Below, one piece after another: positions 1-12,340 of a stretch of 54,467 nt of DNA (positions are counted from its first letter, which is position 1; every line of letters begins with the position of its first letter). Under the pieces are notes generated by a model, which was not told the origin of the DNA, searched no databases, and worked only from the letters and a program-made list of their open reading frames with translations. This stretch comes from Nemertoderma westbladi (Eukaryota; Animalia; Xenacoelomorpha): the NCBI GenBank assembly GCA_032718475.1, contig JAUCBJ010008356.1:1-54467 (forward strand). The letters run 5' to 3'. The position numbers were made by a program, and so were the translations under genes.

Positions 1-1014
1 GACCAGATTTGCCCTAGTAAGAGGGTCTATGCAGCTACAGGTGGCACCTCCTTTATGCTGCATGGAGGTGGCAAGTATTCTTGATCAATGACCTAGAATA
101 CCTGACCTGACCTCCAGTACTGCAAGGCTCATCGCCGGGTAAGTTAACAATCTGTCAATAATAAAAATGAAAGCGAGCCGACATTTAGTCAGATCCACCA
201 AATGGATGGCCAAGGAGACAGACTGTCTGGATTGAGCTGATTCGAGTTAAATCGCTTCGCCAAAACGACCAAGTAGCCCATAGGAATACACTACATTTTT
301 TTGGTGATTTTGGTCATTTTGGCCGCCAAAACGACCAAGTTAATGTTTATTGGGATTGGGACTGTACACGTGTAGTTTAATTGTTTTCTCAATTATTTTG
401 TCTATATATGGTCTCATAAACCCATATAATTTATCTATTTATATATATTTTTTGACTACCTTATGGTATGGCTAACCATGTACACCAATTTTAAATCACT
501 TCAATGAAACTTCGAAGTAAAACTCTGATGTAATATTACAACGGGAACGGGGAGGTTTAGGTAATACAGGTGTGTGATGTATTATGTACCTGTAAAGTTA
601 TGTCCTTATACTGTACTATCTCCACATACGTTATATTAATGGCACGTGTTTGCTTAGATAATAGTATTTGTAATAGTCCTATGTCAATGCATGCAAAACT
701 CGAAGATATGGCAATATGTTAAAAGGTACAATACAGTAGTAGTACATGGTATAAATTGAGTAATATCTTAAATTTTTTTATACGTTTTTAATACGTGAGT
801 GTTACGACAAGATAGTATTATGTAGAAGTTTTTTTTATTTAAATATTATTGACTCAAAGTTGTTGATGTCGATTGTATATGTTCAGGAAGTACATTATTT
901 ATTTTGACGCATTAAACATTAAAGGCATAGGCCTACTGTAGTTGGCCATTATAATAGGCCTACAACAGTATGTAGGATCACGTAATTGTAACAACACACC
1001 TAATACAAACAGTA

Positions 1015-2481
1015 ATGGAAAAAACAGATCACTTTGGTGTCAATGATCAACAATCATCGGAAATCGATAGCTCAATTCAATACCAACCCATAGTGCGACC
1101 ACCCAATTCCGATGAATGCAACGAAAACGGATTAAAACGGGGGATGTTGGCAATATTAGGTGGATTCCTGGTAAATATATCCCTAGGTGGAGCTTCATTT
1201 ACATTCGGTAATATGACACCATACATTGTCTCATATATTCGCATTCGTTCTTCACCAGAGAATCTAACTGACGCGTCAATGTCGTGGTGTTATGGGTTGA
1301 TTTGCATAGTGAGTAGTGTGGTTACACCCCTGGGTGGTCTATTAGCGAGGAACTGGGGCTCGCGCGCTCCCGTCATTCTGGGTTCCTTGATACTTAGCGG
1401 GTCTCTTGCGTCTACTTATTTCTCAATCCAACAAGGTTTCGTCTCCGTGTTAGTAACTTACGGAGTCGTTCTGAATTTTGGAGCTAGTATAATTTATGTC
1501 GCCCCATTTATGATGGCCCAGGTCTGGCTCCCGCATCACAAAGGTCTGGCAAGCGGTCTGGTTCTTAGCGGATATGGTGTTGGTGGAATCATTTTCAATC
1601 AGATCGAAACTTACTTCATAAATCCAAAAAACCTCGCTCCATGTCATTCTGATCCTAATGATCCCGACTCAGTCTATTTCACTCAAAAAGAAATCCTTGA
1701 TAAAGTTCCTCTCTCTTTCGTGGTACTCGCCATATCTTACGCCTTTATACAAGCCATAGGGGTCTGTTTGATGAAAGACAGACACAAAATTACAAGAGTC
1801 GGTCACAGACAACGTTTGCACTTAAACCCCGCAGACAAATCGCCTAAATTTATGCTAAAAACTACTTTCTTCTACCAGATGTATTCGATTAATGTAGCCG
1901 GACAGCTCGTAATAGGCTTCATAAACTCTCTATATAAAGCTTATGGGGAAGGTTTTATACCAGATGATCAATTTCTCGCAGATATTGGATCAGTTAGTTG
2001 CACTGCTAATTCTTTGGGGAGGCTGTTTTTTGGTTTTGTAGGCGATAAATGTGGTATGAAGCCGACGTTGGTATTTATGTGCGCGATGATCTCTGTTTTC
2101 TCGACAACCATGTTCTTATGCCCATACGGCGGACGGTGGATGTTTCTTGTATGGGTATGGATGGTCTTTTTCGCATTGATGGGAACCACTACAGTTCTCC
2201 CTGCTATGATCACCACACAATACGGACCATCACATTCGACTCTGAACTACAGTTTAATTTTAAGTGGACAGTTTATCTCAGGAATTTTGCTACCTCTTTT
2301 GTCTACAACTTTGGAAGTCAATTTAGGTTGGGATGCGTCTTTCATCACATGTGGGTTACTGCTAGCCATTAGTATGGTAGTTGCTATGGCAATGAACTAT
2401 AAAGGTGACCAAACTTCGAGCATAACCAAAAATAATGTTGTTAATTCGAGGCAAGCTGAAATCGGACCTGTGATGGCTTAA
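1015..2481 (+). CDS. MFS transporter, oxalate:formate antiporter (OFA)/MCT-like, single-exon CDS
   Basis: 488-aa ORF with about 12 hydrophobic segments in two halves. MFS motif-A-like loops GGLLARNWGSR and GRLFFGFVGDKCG; WLPHHKGLASGLVLSGYGVG and TFGNMTPYIVSY are typical of animal OFA-like proteins. Confidence 0.88.
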   Translation: MEKTDHFGVNDQQSSEIDSSIQYQPIVRPPNSDECNENGLKRGMLAILGGFLVNISLGGASFTFGNMTPYIVSYIRIRSSPENLTDASMSWCYGLICIVSSVVTPLGGLLARNWGSRAPVILGSLILSGSLASTYFSIQQGFVSVLVTYGVVLNFGASIIYVAPFMMAQVWLPHHKGLASGLVLSGYGVGGIIFNQIETYFINPKNLAPCHSDPNDPDSVYFTQKEILDKVPLSFVVLAISYAFIQAIGVCLMKDRHKITRVGHRQRLHLNPADKSPKFMLKTTFFYQMYSINVAGQLVIGFINSLYKAYGEGFIPDDQFLADIGSVSCTANSLGRLFFGFVGDKCGMKPTLVFMCAMISVFSTTMFLCPYGGRWMFLVWVWMVFFALMGTTTVLPAMITTQYGPSHSTLNYSLILSGQFISGILLPLLSTTLEVNLGWDASFITCGLLLAISMVVAMAMNYKGDQTSSITKNNVVNSRQAEIGPVMA

Positions 2482-2936
2482 AATTGTTCAACTATTCTTG
2501 TTCAACAAACAGTTTATCTACTTTTTTAAATTTCGTTAAGAAATTTGCCTCTCTGTAAATTTTGAACTTGTAATATATTTAATGTTGTACAGGATATACA
2601 AATTCCTGTGGTCTTTGCACAGGAGGAAGTATTGCTAGCTTATCAATACGGGGTGGTACAGGGATACCATCCATCACCCAACCATTACTGCACCTTGTAG
2701 CTTATAGTAGGCCTACTGTAGGGTAGTTAAGTTATCCAATAAAAACGAAGGTTTAAATGATGTTGTAAGTTAACATTCAATAATGCTGATAAGAAATTTG
2801 TGAATTTTGGTTTATAGGTCTTTAGGTCGGATTTTTTATTCCCGTGATAATTTTATGGTTGCAAAATAAATAATAACGTATTTTTGTTTATATCCTGCAC
2901 AGGGTCGTTTGTAATTTTAAGGCACAAAATAAGCCG

Positions 2937-4513
2937 TGTGGGGCGAGCCACGAAGTGAGTGAGCCTTAGCGTAGTGGTACCATTAATCAACCTGTCGTTC
3001 TGTCGTTCTGTCGTTCTGTCGTTCTGTCGTTCTGTCGTGTTCAATTTTAAACGTTAATAACTCGGCCAATCTTTGATGAAATCTATCCAAACTTGGTACA
3101 CATGTTGTTTGGCAAAAGTTTAGAAATTTTCCAAGTAGAATTTCCGTGTGGCCTTCGAGAAGCTAAGATAATAGCAGTTAATTAGTTAATTAAGTTGATT
3201 GCGGTGAAAACGCCATTTTCAACCTGCCTTTTAAAGGAATTAATTGTTTTACAGTATAAGATTTAAATAATTATACTTAAAAATTATACAGATATAATCC
3301 CCATACGCCATTCTATTATAGTTTTTAATTAGTTTAAGTGATTTGCTTTAATAAATGTGTCTTTAATTGATCTAAACGTAATTAAACCGCACAATTATTG
3401 AGTACAAATTTAATCCTTCCCATTATTGGTCAAGTCTCTGCTGGTGTGGAGCTAGCTGCTGGGAGTTGTGGCTGTAGACTAACCTGAGAGGAATTGTAAT
3501 AGAGGCAACCAGTATTGCTATTTCAGCCCAATCACTGAATTGTGTTTATTATAGGCTGGACGGGCCGCATAACCGTTCGACTATTACTACTATTGCTATC
3601 TCAGTTAAATGACAGATATAATAACATAAATACAATCCATGGCATGGCTGTTGTAGGCTTCTGAAATAGTTTATTCCACAATGTATATGTCTGGTTATTT
3701 TTTAATTGAATTTTTGCAAAGTAGTAAAATTAATGTTCTTAAAAATAATATTATTATTTTATATGTAACCTAGGAAATTAGCTACATTTTTTCGCTGCAG
3801 CTTTAAGAGTGTACATTGATTTAATATTATTTCAATACCCATATTACTACATCGGCATAAGATGCGTTGGCGTTGTATCACACATCTCCACATATCACAC
3901 ATCTCCACATAGATGTATCAACAGTTACTCGCACAGTTTCGAAACTTCGCATAGTTATAACTGTATAAAGATCGTCAGTCTGCGTTTAGGAAAAATATTT
4001 TATGACAAAACAGGACAAGCGACGAGCGCAACGATGCATATAATGAAGACGAGTACTGCGTTGACTAAATTATTATATAAACCACCTGGCTTCACATATT
4101 GATCGCATCCCTAGTTATTATTATTATAAAGATCGTCCTAGCCTGCGTTTAAGAAATATATTTAAATACAAAACAGGACGAACGCAAAGAGGCTTATAAT
4201 GAAAACGAGTACTGCGTTTATTATATTCCTATAAACCACCTGGCTTTGCATATTTAACGTGCGATTGGAAATAAGTTCGTGCTACCCTTCCGTGGGTGGT
4301 AGATGTCGCGGTTATGTATTGGTGGTTGGGAAGGGTGGGGGGGGGGGGGGGGGGGTTGAGATTAAAAGGGGTGAACACGTACTGTCCACCTTTCTTTGAT
4401 TGATTGGTGGTGTGGGTAAATTTCTCAAAACCTGATTTTGTGATACAGTCGCTGCATTTTAATTTGTATATAATAACTAGGCCTCGTGCTGCGCGAAGTC
4501 CCCACGAACGTGT
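2937..4513 (+). mobile_element. Non-autonomous DINE-1/HINE (Helentron-associated)-like element, copy 1
   Basis: Short terminal hairpin, (CTGTCGTT)n microsatellite near the left end, a core with aaacttggtacacatg, an internal diverged ~160-bp duplication (about 3960-4260), and a GC-rich hairpin beside CTAG near 4477-4513. Near-identical inverted copies lie at 6748-9878. No coding capacity. Confidence 0.7.
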
Positions 4514-4926
4514 TGCTTTTAAGCAACAGAGTGCACTAAAGGAAAGTAGTGGAACTGATAATTGATAATAATTTTTATTTTCCTCATCTATAACAATTCA
4601 ATTATTGCACTTGAAATATATTGACATAATATGACAAAGATAAATAATTAAGAACCAAGTAATTTTGAATAATATATGCTATACTGAGGACTGGAGACCG
4701 CGTGTAGCTTAAACAGCTTGAAAGCTAGCTATAGTGGATCGCAGTTTCCTTTTGTAGGATGTAAAAGTATTTTTGTTTGGCACTTCTAAGTCAATTCTTT
4801 ATTGTTATAGAAGGACAGGTACTAGAGTTTTATAGAGCTAAGTATTATATAGCACACTAGAAAGTAACTGTCAGACTGTAGGCTAGTATCGTATTGAAAT
4901 TAATAATGAAATTTAAAATATCATCG

Positions 4927-5066
4927 GGGGTCAGAATTTACTGAGGGGGTTAAATTTCACTAAAAATCACCCAGAGTAGTTTCGTTTCACACCCTGCTAA
5001 AATATCCTAGTGAATTCTAACAGGGGGATGAATTTTTAGGGGAGTGGAAATTCTCTGCTACACCGG
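4927..5066. mobile_element. Right-end fragment of the TA-TSD MITE family seen intact at 11218-11764
   Basis: The stretch gggggttaaatttcactaaaaa...ggaaattctctgctacaccgg matches 11595-11764. Confidence 0.75.
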
Positions 5067-5457
5067 CATCCTGTATAGCGCGAGCACCTTCTACGCCCAG
5101 ACGCCACGTCAAACACCGTCTGTCGAAGAACGACAGATTAGCTCATTGAAGTCGAAGTAGCTGGGTTTGATGCTGGGATCTACTCTCGGGTTTACAAACT
5201 GCCATGGCCTGCAGAATCGATGGATGTTTTTATTAAACGGAAAACTCTATGAGGACAAATATATCGGTTGTGTAAACATTTGGATGAAGGCCCTGCACTA
5301 CTATAACTATATTCCGATATCTATGTCTGTAATTGCGTCACTGCCTGGGACCAAATAACCAACTGTTCCGTTGGTCGTAATTAACAGAAGTTGTGGCAAT
5401 GGTGAAAATACATTATATGATTGCAATCCAAGGTTACCGTACCGGATTCTGCGGACT

Positions 5458-5876
5458 TATGGAACGCCATTAGCGCCATTCCACAAGCTACTTGGTGCAG
5501 ATTAAGCAGCGATATTTTCTTATTGACCAATAGTAAATACTGATTATTTTCTTATTGGTTAATATTTTTTCTTATTGGCTGAGCTGAGAGTAAGTGATTC
5601 TCATTGCGAAGTATTAAACAGATTTTTAATATGGTAGTCCTCTTTGGAAACCAAAAAATAAACATAAACAATATTCTAATAACAAGAAACCATGGGATAA
5701 ACTATAACCATTTGTCATTTACTTGTAAATATTCTTATTCAATAAGAAAAATCGCTTCTTATAAACTTACTATTAGTCAATAAGAAAATAATCACTACTT
5801 TTTCATAAAATGTAAAAAATTGCGACTTACTCTAGTTAGTAGACCAGACGTGTAATGGCGCTAACGGCGTGCCATA
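5458..5876. mobile_element. MITE with ~27-bp imperfect TIRs and 6-bp TSD
   Basis: Left end tatggaacgccattagcgccattccac; reverse complement of right end tatggcacgccgttagcgccattacac. Flanked by cggact at 5452-5457 and 5877-5882. Degenerate internal ttcttattg repeats. Confidence 0.8.
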
Positions 5877-6059
5877 CGGACTATTGCAATATTACGTTTA
5901 GAGCGCAAATTGCGCTCATTAAAACAGGCTGTTACAAGCGATCTTCTCGTTCAAATTGGGCTAACTAAAGTTCTGAATAAAACACCATCCATATCAAGAC
6001 TGCAAGAATTCAGGATGATTATTACGGACGAGATGATGGTTTCCCGCAACTCATGGAGT

Positions 6060-6200
6060 CATGGACCTTCGACGCAATGAAAATTCATCCCTCTCCAGGG
6101 GAATTTCGACGCAAATAACAACTGACCTTTCTCAAAAATAAAACTGTAACCTGTTCTAATGACATTAGTTTATTGTTTTGGTTATAATAACGTGTCACTG
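6060..6200. repeat. Dispersed repeat fragment (unclassified DNA-transposon-like family)
   Basis: Diverged inverted copies at about 16910-17055 and 51745-51850 share aaaacaataaac...ggttacagtt...tcgatttt; a short match also lies near 24500. Confidence 0.6.
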
Positions 6201-6747
6201 TATACTGCTCCTTTAGCAAAAAATTTAGAATTTAACAGTAAGGCGGGATATTAATTGATGTGTTTTCTGGAGTGGGGAATATTTGGTCGGCAATAATCGT
6301 AATAAAAAAATAATAAAGTAATGACATACTGTAATAAGTACCTGATAGTAATATAAAGTACGGTATTACATAAAGTGATAATATAAAGTACTAATAATAA
6401 TAGGCATATAAAGTAATTAAAAAATAATGAAATTTGCTGTGCATCTTTAAACGAATAATAAAATAATACATAGAAACTAAATAACGCCACCTGAAACGAA
6501 GGACTTCAAAAGGACATAACGAAAGGGACTTCATAATTTATAAACACAAAAAAATATAGAAAACAATACATGAAAGCAACAGATAATTGAAAAACTAATA
6601 CCAGAAATAGATTCTCCATAATTTTTTAACCCAGAATGTGTATGTTTATCATTCAAACTGGTTACTAATAACAAAAACAACATGACCTTCCCTAGCGAAG
6701 TCTGGATTTACCGTGTGCCAGTCCTTGCTTCAGTTTAGTACAGTTGT

Positions 6748-8268
6748 ACACGTTCGTGGGGACTTCGCGCAGCACGAGGCCTAGTTATTATATACAAATT
6801 AAAATGCAGCGACTGTATCACAAAATCAGGTTTTGAGAAATTTACCCACACCACCAATCAATCAAAGAAAGGTGGACAGTACGTGTTCACCCCTTTTAAT
6901 CTCCCCCACCCCCCCCCCCCCCCACCCTTCCCAACCACCAATACATAACCGCGACATCTACCACCCACGGAAGGGTAGCACGAACTTATTTCCAATCGCA
7001 CGTTAAATATGCAAAGCCAGGTGGTTTATAGGAATATAATAAACGCAGTACTCGTTTTCATTATAAGCCTCTTTGCGTTCGTCCTGTTTTGTATTTAAAT
7101 ATATTTCTTAAACGCAAGCTAGGACGATCTTTATAATAATAATAACTAGGGATGCGATCAATATGTGAAGCCAGGTGGTTTATATAATAATTTAGTCAAC
7201 GCAGTACTCGTCTTCATTATATGCCTCGTTGCGCTCGTCGCTTGTCCTGTTTTGTCATAAAATATTTTTCCTAAACGCAGACTGACGATCTTTATACAGT
7301 TATAACTATGCGAAGTTTCGAAACTGTGCGAGTAACTGTTGATACATCTATGTGGAGATGTGTGATATGTGGAGATGTGTGATACAACGCCAACGCATCT
7401 TATGCCGATGTAGTAATATGGGTATTGAAATGATATTAAATCAATGTACACTCTTAAAGCTGCAGCGAAAAAATGTAGCTAATTTCCTAGGTTACATATA
7501 AAATAATAATATTATTTTTAAGAACATTAATTTTACTACTTTGCAAAAATTCAATTAAAAAATAACCAGACATATACATTGTGGAATAAACTATTTCAGA
7601 AGCCTACAACAGCCATGCCATGGATTGTATTTATGTTATTATATCTGTCATTTAACTGAGATAGCAATAGTAGTAATAGTCGAACGGTTATGCGGCCCGT
7701 CCAGCCTATAATAAACACAATTCAGTGATTGGGCTGAAATAGCAATACTGGTTGCCTCTATTACAATTCCTCTCAGGTTAGTCTACAGCCACAACTCCCA
7801 GCAGCTAGCTCCACACCAGCAGAGACTTGACCAATAATGGGAAGGATTAAATTTGTACTCAATAATTGTGCGGTTTAATTACGTTTAGATCAATTAAAGA
7901 CACATTTATTAAAGCAAATCACTTAAACTAATTAAAAACTATAATAGAATGGCGTATGGGGATTATATCTGTATAATTTTTAAGTATAATTATTTAAATC
8001 TTATACTGTAAAACAATTAATTTCCTTTAAAAGGCAGGTTGAAAATGGCGTTTTCACCGCAATCAACTTAATTAACTAATTAACTGCTATTATCTTAGCT
8101 TCTCGAAGGCCACACGGAAATTCTACTTGGAAAATTTCTAAACTTTTGCCAAACAACATGTGTACCAAGTTTGGATAGATTTCATCAAAGATTGGCCGAG
8201 TTATTAACGTTTAAAATTGAACACGACAGAACGACAGAACGACAGAACGACAGAACGACAGAACGACA
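6748..8268 (-). mobile_element. HINE-like element copy 2 (inverted; lacks the ~55-bp outer terminus)
   Basis: Reverse complement of about 2992-4513 with few differences; its microsatellite runs directly into the start of copy 3. Confidence 0.75.
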
Positions 8269-9878
8269 CGTTCGTGGGGACTTCGCGCAGCACGAGGCCT
8301 AGTTATTATATACAAATTAAAATGCAGCGACTGTATCACAAAATCAGGTTTTGAGAAATTTACCCACACCACCAATCAATCAAAGAAAGGTGGACAGTAC
8401 GTGTTCACCCCTTTTAATCTCCCCCCCCCCCCCCCACCCTTCCCAACCACCAATACATAACCGCGACATCTACCACCCACGGAAGGGTAGCACGAACTTA
8501 TTTCCAATCGCACGTTAAATATGCAAAGCCAGGTGGTTTATAGGAATATAATAAACGCAGTACTCGTTTTCATTATAAGCCTCTTTGCGTTCGTCCTGTT
8601 TTGTATTTAAATATATTTCTTAAACGCAAGCTAGGACGATCTTTATAATAATAATAACTAGGGATGCGATCAATATGTGAAGCCAGGTGGTTTATATAAT
8701 AATTTAGTCAACGCAGTACTCGTCTTCATTATATGCCTCGTTGCGCTCGTCGCTTGTCCTGTTTTGTCATAAAATATTTTTCCTAAACGCAGACTGACGA
8801 TCTTTATACAGTTATAACTATGCGAAGTTTCGAAACTGTGCGAGTAACTGTTGATACATCTATGTGGAGATGTGTGATATGTGGAGATGTGTGATACAAC
8901 GCCAACGCATCTTATGCCGATGTAGTAATATGGGTATTGAAATAATATATTAAATCAATGTACACTCTTAAAGCTGCAGCGAAAAAATGTAGCTAATTTC
9001 CTAGGTTACATATAAAATAATAATATTATTTTTAAGAACATTAATTTTACTACTTTGCAAAAATTCAATTAAAAAATAACCAGACATATACATTGTGGAA
9101 TAAACTATTTCAGAAGCCTACAACAGCCATGCCATGGATTGTATTTATGTTATTATATCTGTCATTTAACTGAGATAGCAATAGTAGTAATAGTCGAACG
9201 GTTATGCGGCCCGTCCAGCCTATAATAAACACAATTCAGTGATTGGGCTGGAATAGCAATACTGGTTGCCTCTATTACAATTCCTCTCAGGTTAGTCTAC
9301 AGCCACAACTCCCAGCAGCTAGCTCCACACCAGCAGAGACTTGACCAATAATGGGAAGGATTAAATTTGTACTCAATAATTGTGCGGTTTAATTACGTTT
9401 AGATCAATTAAAGACACATTTATTAAAGCAAATCACTTAAACTAATTAAAAACTATAATAGAATGGCGTATGGGGATTATATCTGTATAATTTTTAAGTA
9501 TAATTATTTAAATCTTATACTGTAAAACAATTAATTTCCTTTAAAAGGCAGGTTGAAAATGGCGTTTTCACCGCAATCAACTTAATTAACTAATTAACTG
9601 CTATTATCTTAGCTTCTCGAAGGCCACACGGAAATTCTACTTGGAAAATTTCTAAACTTTTGCCAAACAACATGTGTACCAAGTTTGGATAGATTTCATC
9701 AAAGATTGGCCGAGTTATTAACGTTTAAAATTGAACACGACAGAACGACAGAACGACAGAACGACAGGTTGATTAATGGTACCACTACGCTAAGGCTCAC
9801 TCACTTCGTGGCTCGCCCCACAGGTTGATTAATGGTACCACTACGCTAAGGCTCACTCACTTCGTGGCTCGCCCCACA
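8266..9878 (-). mobile_element. HINE-like element copy 3 (head-to-tail with copy 2; terminal 56-bp unit duplicated)
   Basis: Direct repeat of 6748-8268. The unit caggttgattaatggtacc...cgcccca occurs twice (9765-9820 and 9821-9876). Confidence 0.75.
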
Positions 9879-9911
9879 GTCAGTAGTAGTCCTTGACTTA
9901 TTGACATACCT

Positions 9912-10012
9912 CAAGGACTGCTATCAGGCTATACAGCTATACTACAGTATAGCAGTCTATATACAGATATATGTAGTATAGATGGCATATATATGTAGTA
10001 TAGCAGTCCTTG
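9912..10012. mobile_element. Tiny (101-bp) hAT-type MITE
   Basis: Perfect 13-bp TIR caaggactgctat/atagcagtccttg, with 8-bp TSD acatacct at 9904-9911 and 10013-10020. Confidence 0.8.
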
Positions 10013-11217
10013 ACATACCTGCATACAGTCAGACAGTACTGCAGTACGGTACAATCAGACAGTACTGCAGTACAGCAGTAGGATACATACAACAGTACAA
10101 TGCCGAAATTTAGTACTTTACATATAGCTGCACAATTGTGTGCAGTAATTGGTATTTACCGATACCTACTTGCCTACATGATGATGATGTGAACATGAAG
10201 GAAGTGAAACATGAAACAACGGAAGCTCCTTTGGATGTTACATGAAAAGAAGTGATGCGAAACACTAACTCCCAAGGATGACCACTTCATACTGTCATAA
10301 GTCATAACTAGCTGTAGCTGACTAGGGCCTATTCAACCCCTTTTGAATCCCCGTTAGCCATTATGATGATTAATTACACCATCGACAACAGGCCGACAGT
10401 CAGACAGTGACTGAGTGGACAATATAGGCCTACTTTTTCATAAATATTTGGACAGGAAATTAAAATTGCAGAATTGTATAGGGCTGTAGTAGGGCCTAAT
10501 TATGTAGGGCCTACTGAATTAGTTTATTAATATTGCCAAACTTGTCTGCATACTCTGATACTGTCGGTTTGCGATTTTACCTGTCGGTTTGTGTCTTTTG
10601 TCTGTTTGTCGTCGGTGGTTGTCGGTGCGGTGGTATCCGGAAGGTGTCGGTGGCTTATTTAGTGTTAGTCCAACCCCCCACTCACTACCAGACGACAGAC
10701 ACCAACTTCTAGAATATTTATTATCAACTTGTGAATTGTTTATTGAGTTTTTTTATTATTTACGTTTAATTGTTTAGGGCCTAAATGTTTAATGTGTTTT
10801 GCTTAGGCCTACTTGAATAAGTAGTCTACCTATCTGCCTATAGCGTTTTGTTTACTTTACATTTATCAGTTTATACTAGGCCTACCGGTACTGTACAGTG
10901 TACAAGTACAGAACAGCAGAAGTACGTACTAGTTTATAGTACTAGTTTATGATACTGCAGTACCGCTACTGTAGTTTTAGTTTTATTGCTGTTTGTTTAA
11001 TTTAATTGTTTATTGTATTTTCTACTCTTTAATTGTTTATTGAGTTTTAGATATATTTAATTATTTAGTGCCTTTGCCTTTTGAATACATTGTTTTGTTT
11101 ATTGTTCATTTGTTTTGTTATGTAGGCCTACTGTCTTACTTGTCTGCTGGTAGTGTATATATGTATGTATATATTTGATTAATAATAATTGAATTTGAAA
11201 TGTTTGAAATTGAAGTA

Positions 11218-11764
11218 CCGGTGTAACAGAATTTTCACTCCACATGCAAAATCACTCCCCGGTTAAATTTCCGTAGATTATTCTCACTCCAGGCGTGTAT
11301 TTTCCCTAGTGTATTTTAACTCCCCCCAGTGAAAACTCACCACTGCCTGTCTGCATTTATCAATTTTCACTCTGTGCAAATCCATCCCCACTTAAATTTC
11401 CCTAGTGTATTCTCACTCCCGGTGTATTTTCTACAGCACTTTACTACGGTGTGATCTGGTGATATACAAATCTCCATCGTGTGTTTGTCTGTGTACTAGA
11501 TGTATCTGTGGTCGTCTGTTCGCTTAACTGTAGGCGGCATCGAATTTAAATTATATTGTTTTTTAAAAATTCACGGGATTACTGGATTAAGAATGGGGGT
11601 TAAATTTCACTAAAAAATTACCAAGAGTAGTTTCACCCCCGGTTAAAATACCCTAGTGAATTCTAATAGGGGGGGAGGGGGGGGGGGGGGTGGAAATACA
11701 CTACCGTAGTGAATTTTAACAGGGGAATGAATTTTTAGGGGTTGGAAATTCTCTGCTACACCGG
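11218..11764. mobile_element. MITE with TA target-site duplication and subterminal repeats
   Basis: Ends ccggtgtaacagaatttt / aaattctctgctacaccgg, flanked by TA on both sides. Internal ttcactccc-like motifs on the left are mirrored on the right. Confidence 0.8.
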
Positions 11765-12340
11765 TAATATAGGAAAACATGTTAAAGTCAGTTCATTGTA
11801 CTAAACGGGGGTTTGGCTGGTTAGTAGCGAGGGGTAAACGGGGGTTTGGGGCTTGGTTAGTATCGAGGGTTTGGCCAATAAAAAATAAAGAAGACTGGAA
11901 GAAAACATGTAGAAAAATTACCATACACAGGGTGTAACGAAATTGTAAAAAAATTGTAAGTCAAGAAGTGGAAGTCTTTTCCCACAGGGGCCTTTTTTGG
12001 AGCATAAAAAAATTCCCTCTTAGTACCTGAAGGTGCACATTCACATTACCCGATAGCTGTATGTGTTTAGGTAGTCAGATATCAGGCCAGGATACCAGAT
12101 ACCGGTACAGAGATAGGGAGGACTAATTCGGAAAGTGGTGAATTGGCTCTGGTAGGCTTACATTATTGGTGAATTGGTAATTAATTCTGTTAATAAATTG
12201 TTGTTTAATTATTTATATTTATGATACGGTAACTTTATCGATAATATTTTGTGTTTTGGGTAGCGTGATTCCTAGGTGCGTTATTTATCATTTGATTACT
12301 GGTTTAAATCCGCTATTTTTGGAACTCGGAATGAAATAAA

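Noticed and set aside
3809-4102. 97-aa ORF repeated at 7158-7451
   Set aside because: Lies within the HINE-like repeat, starts at GTG, is frameshifted in copy 3 and has no recognisable domain.
7280-7345. CTGACGA...GAAAC hammerhead-like boxes inside the HINE-like repeat
   Set aside because: Stems I and II lack their closing pairs; most likely coincidental.
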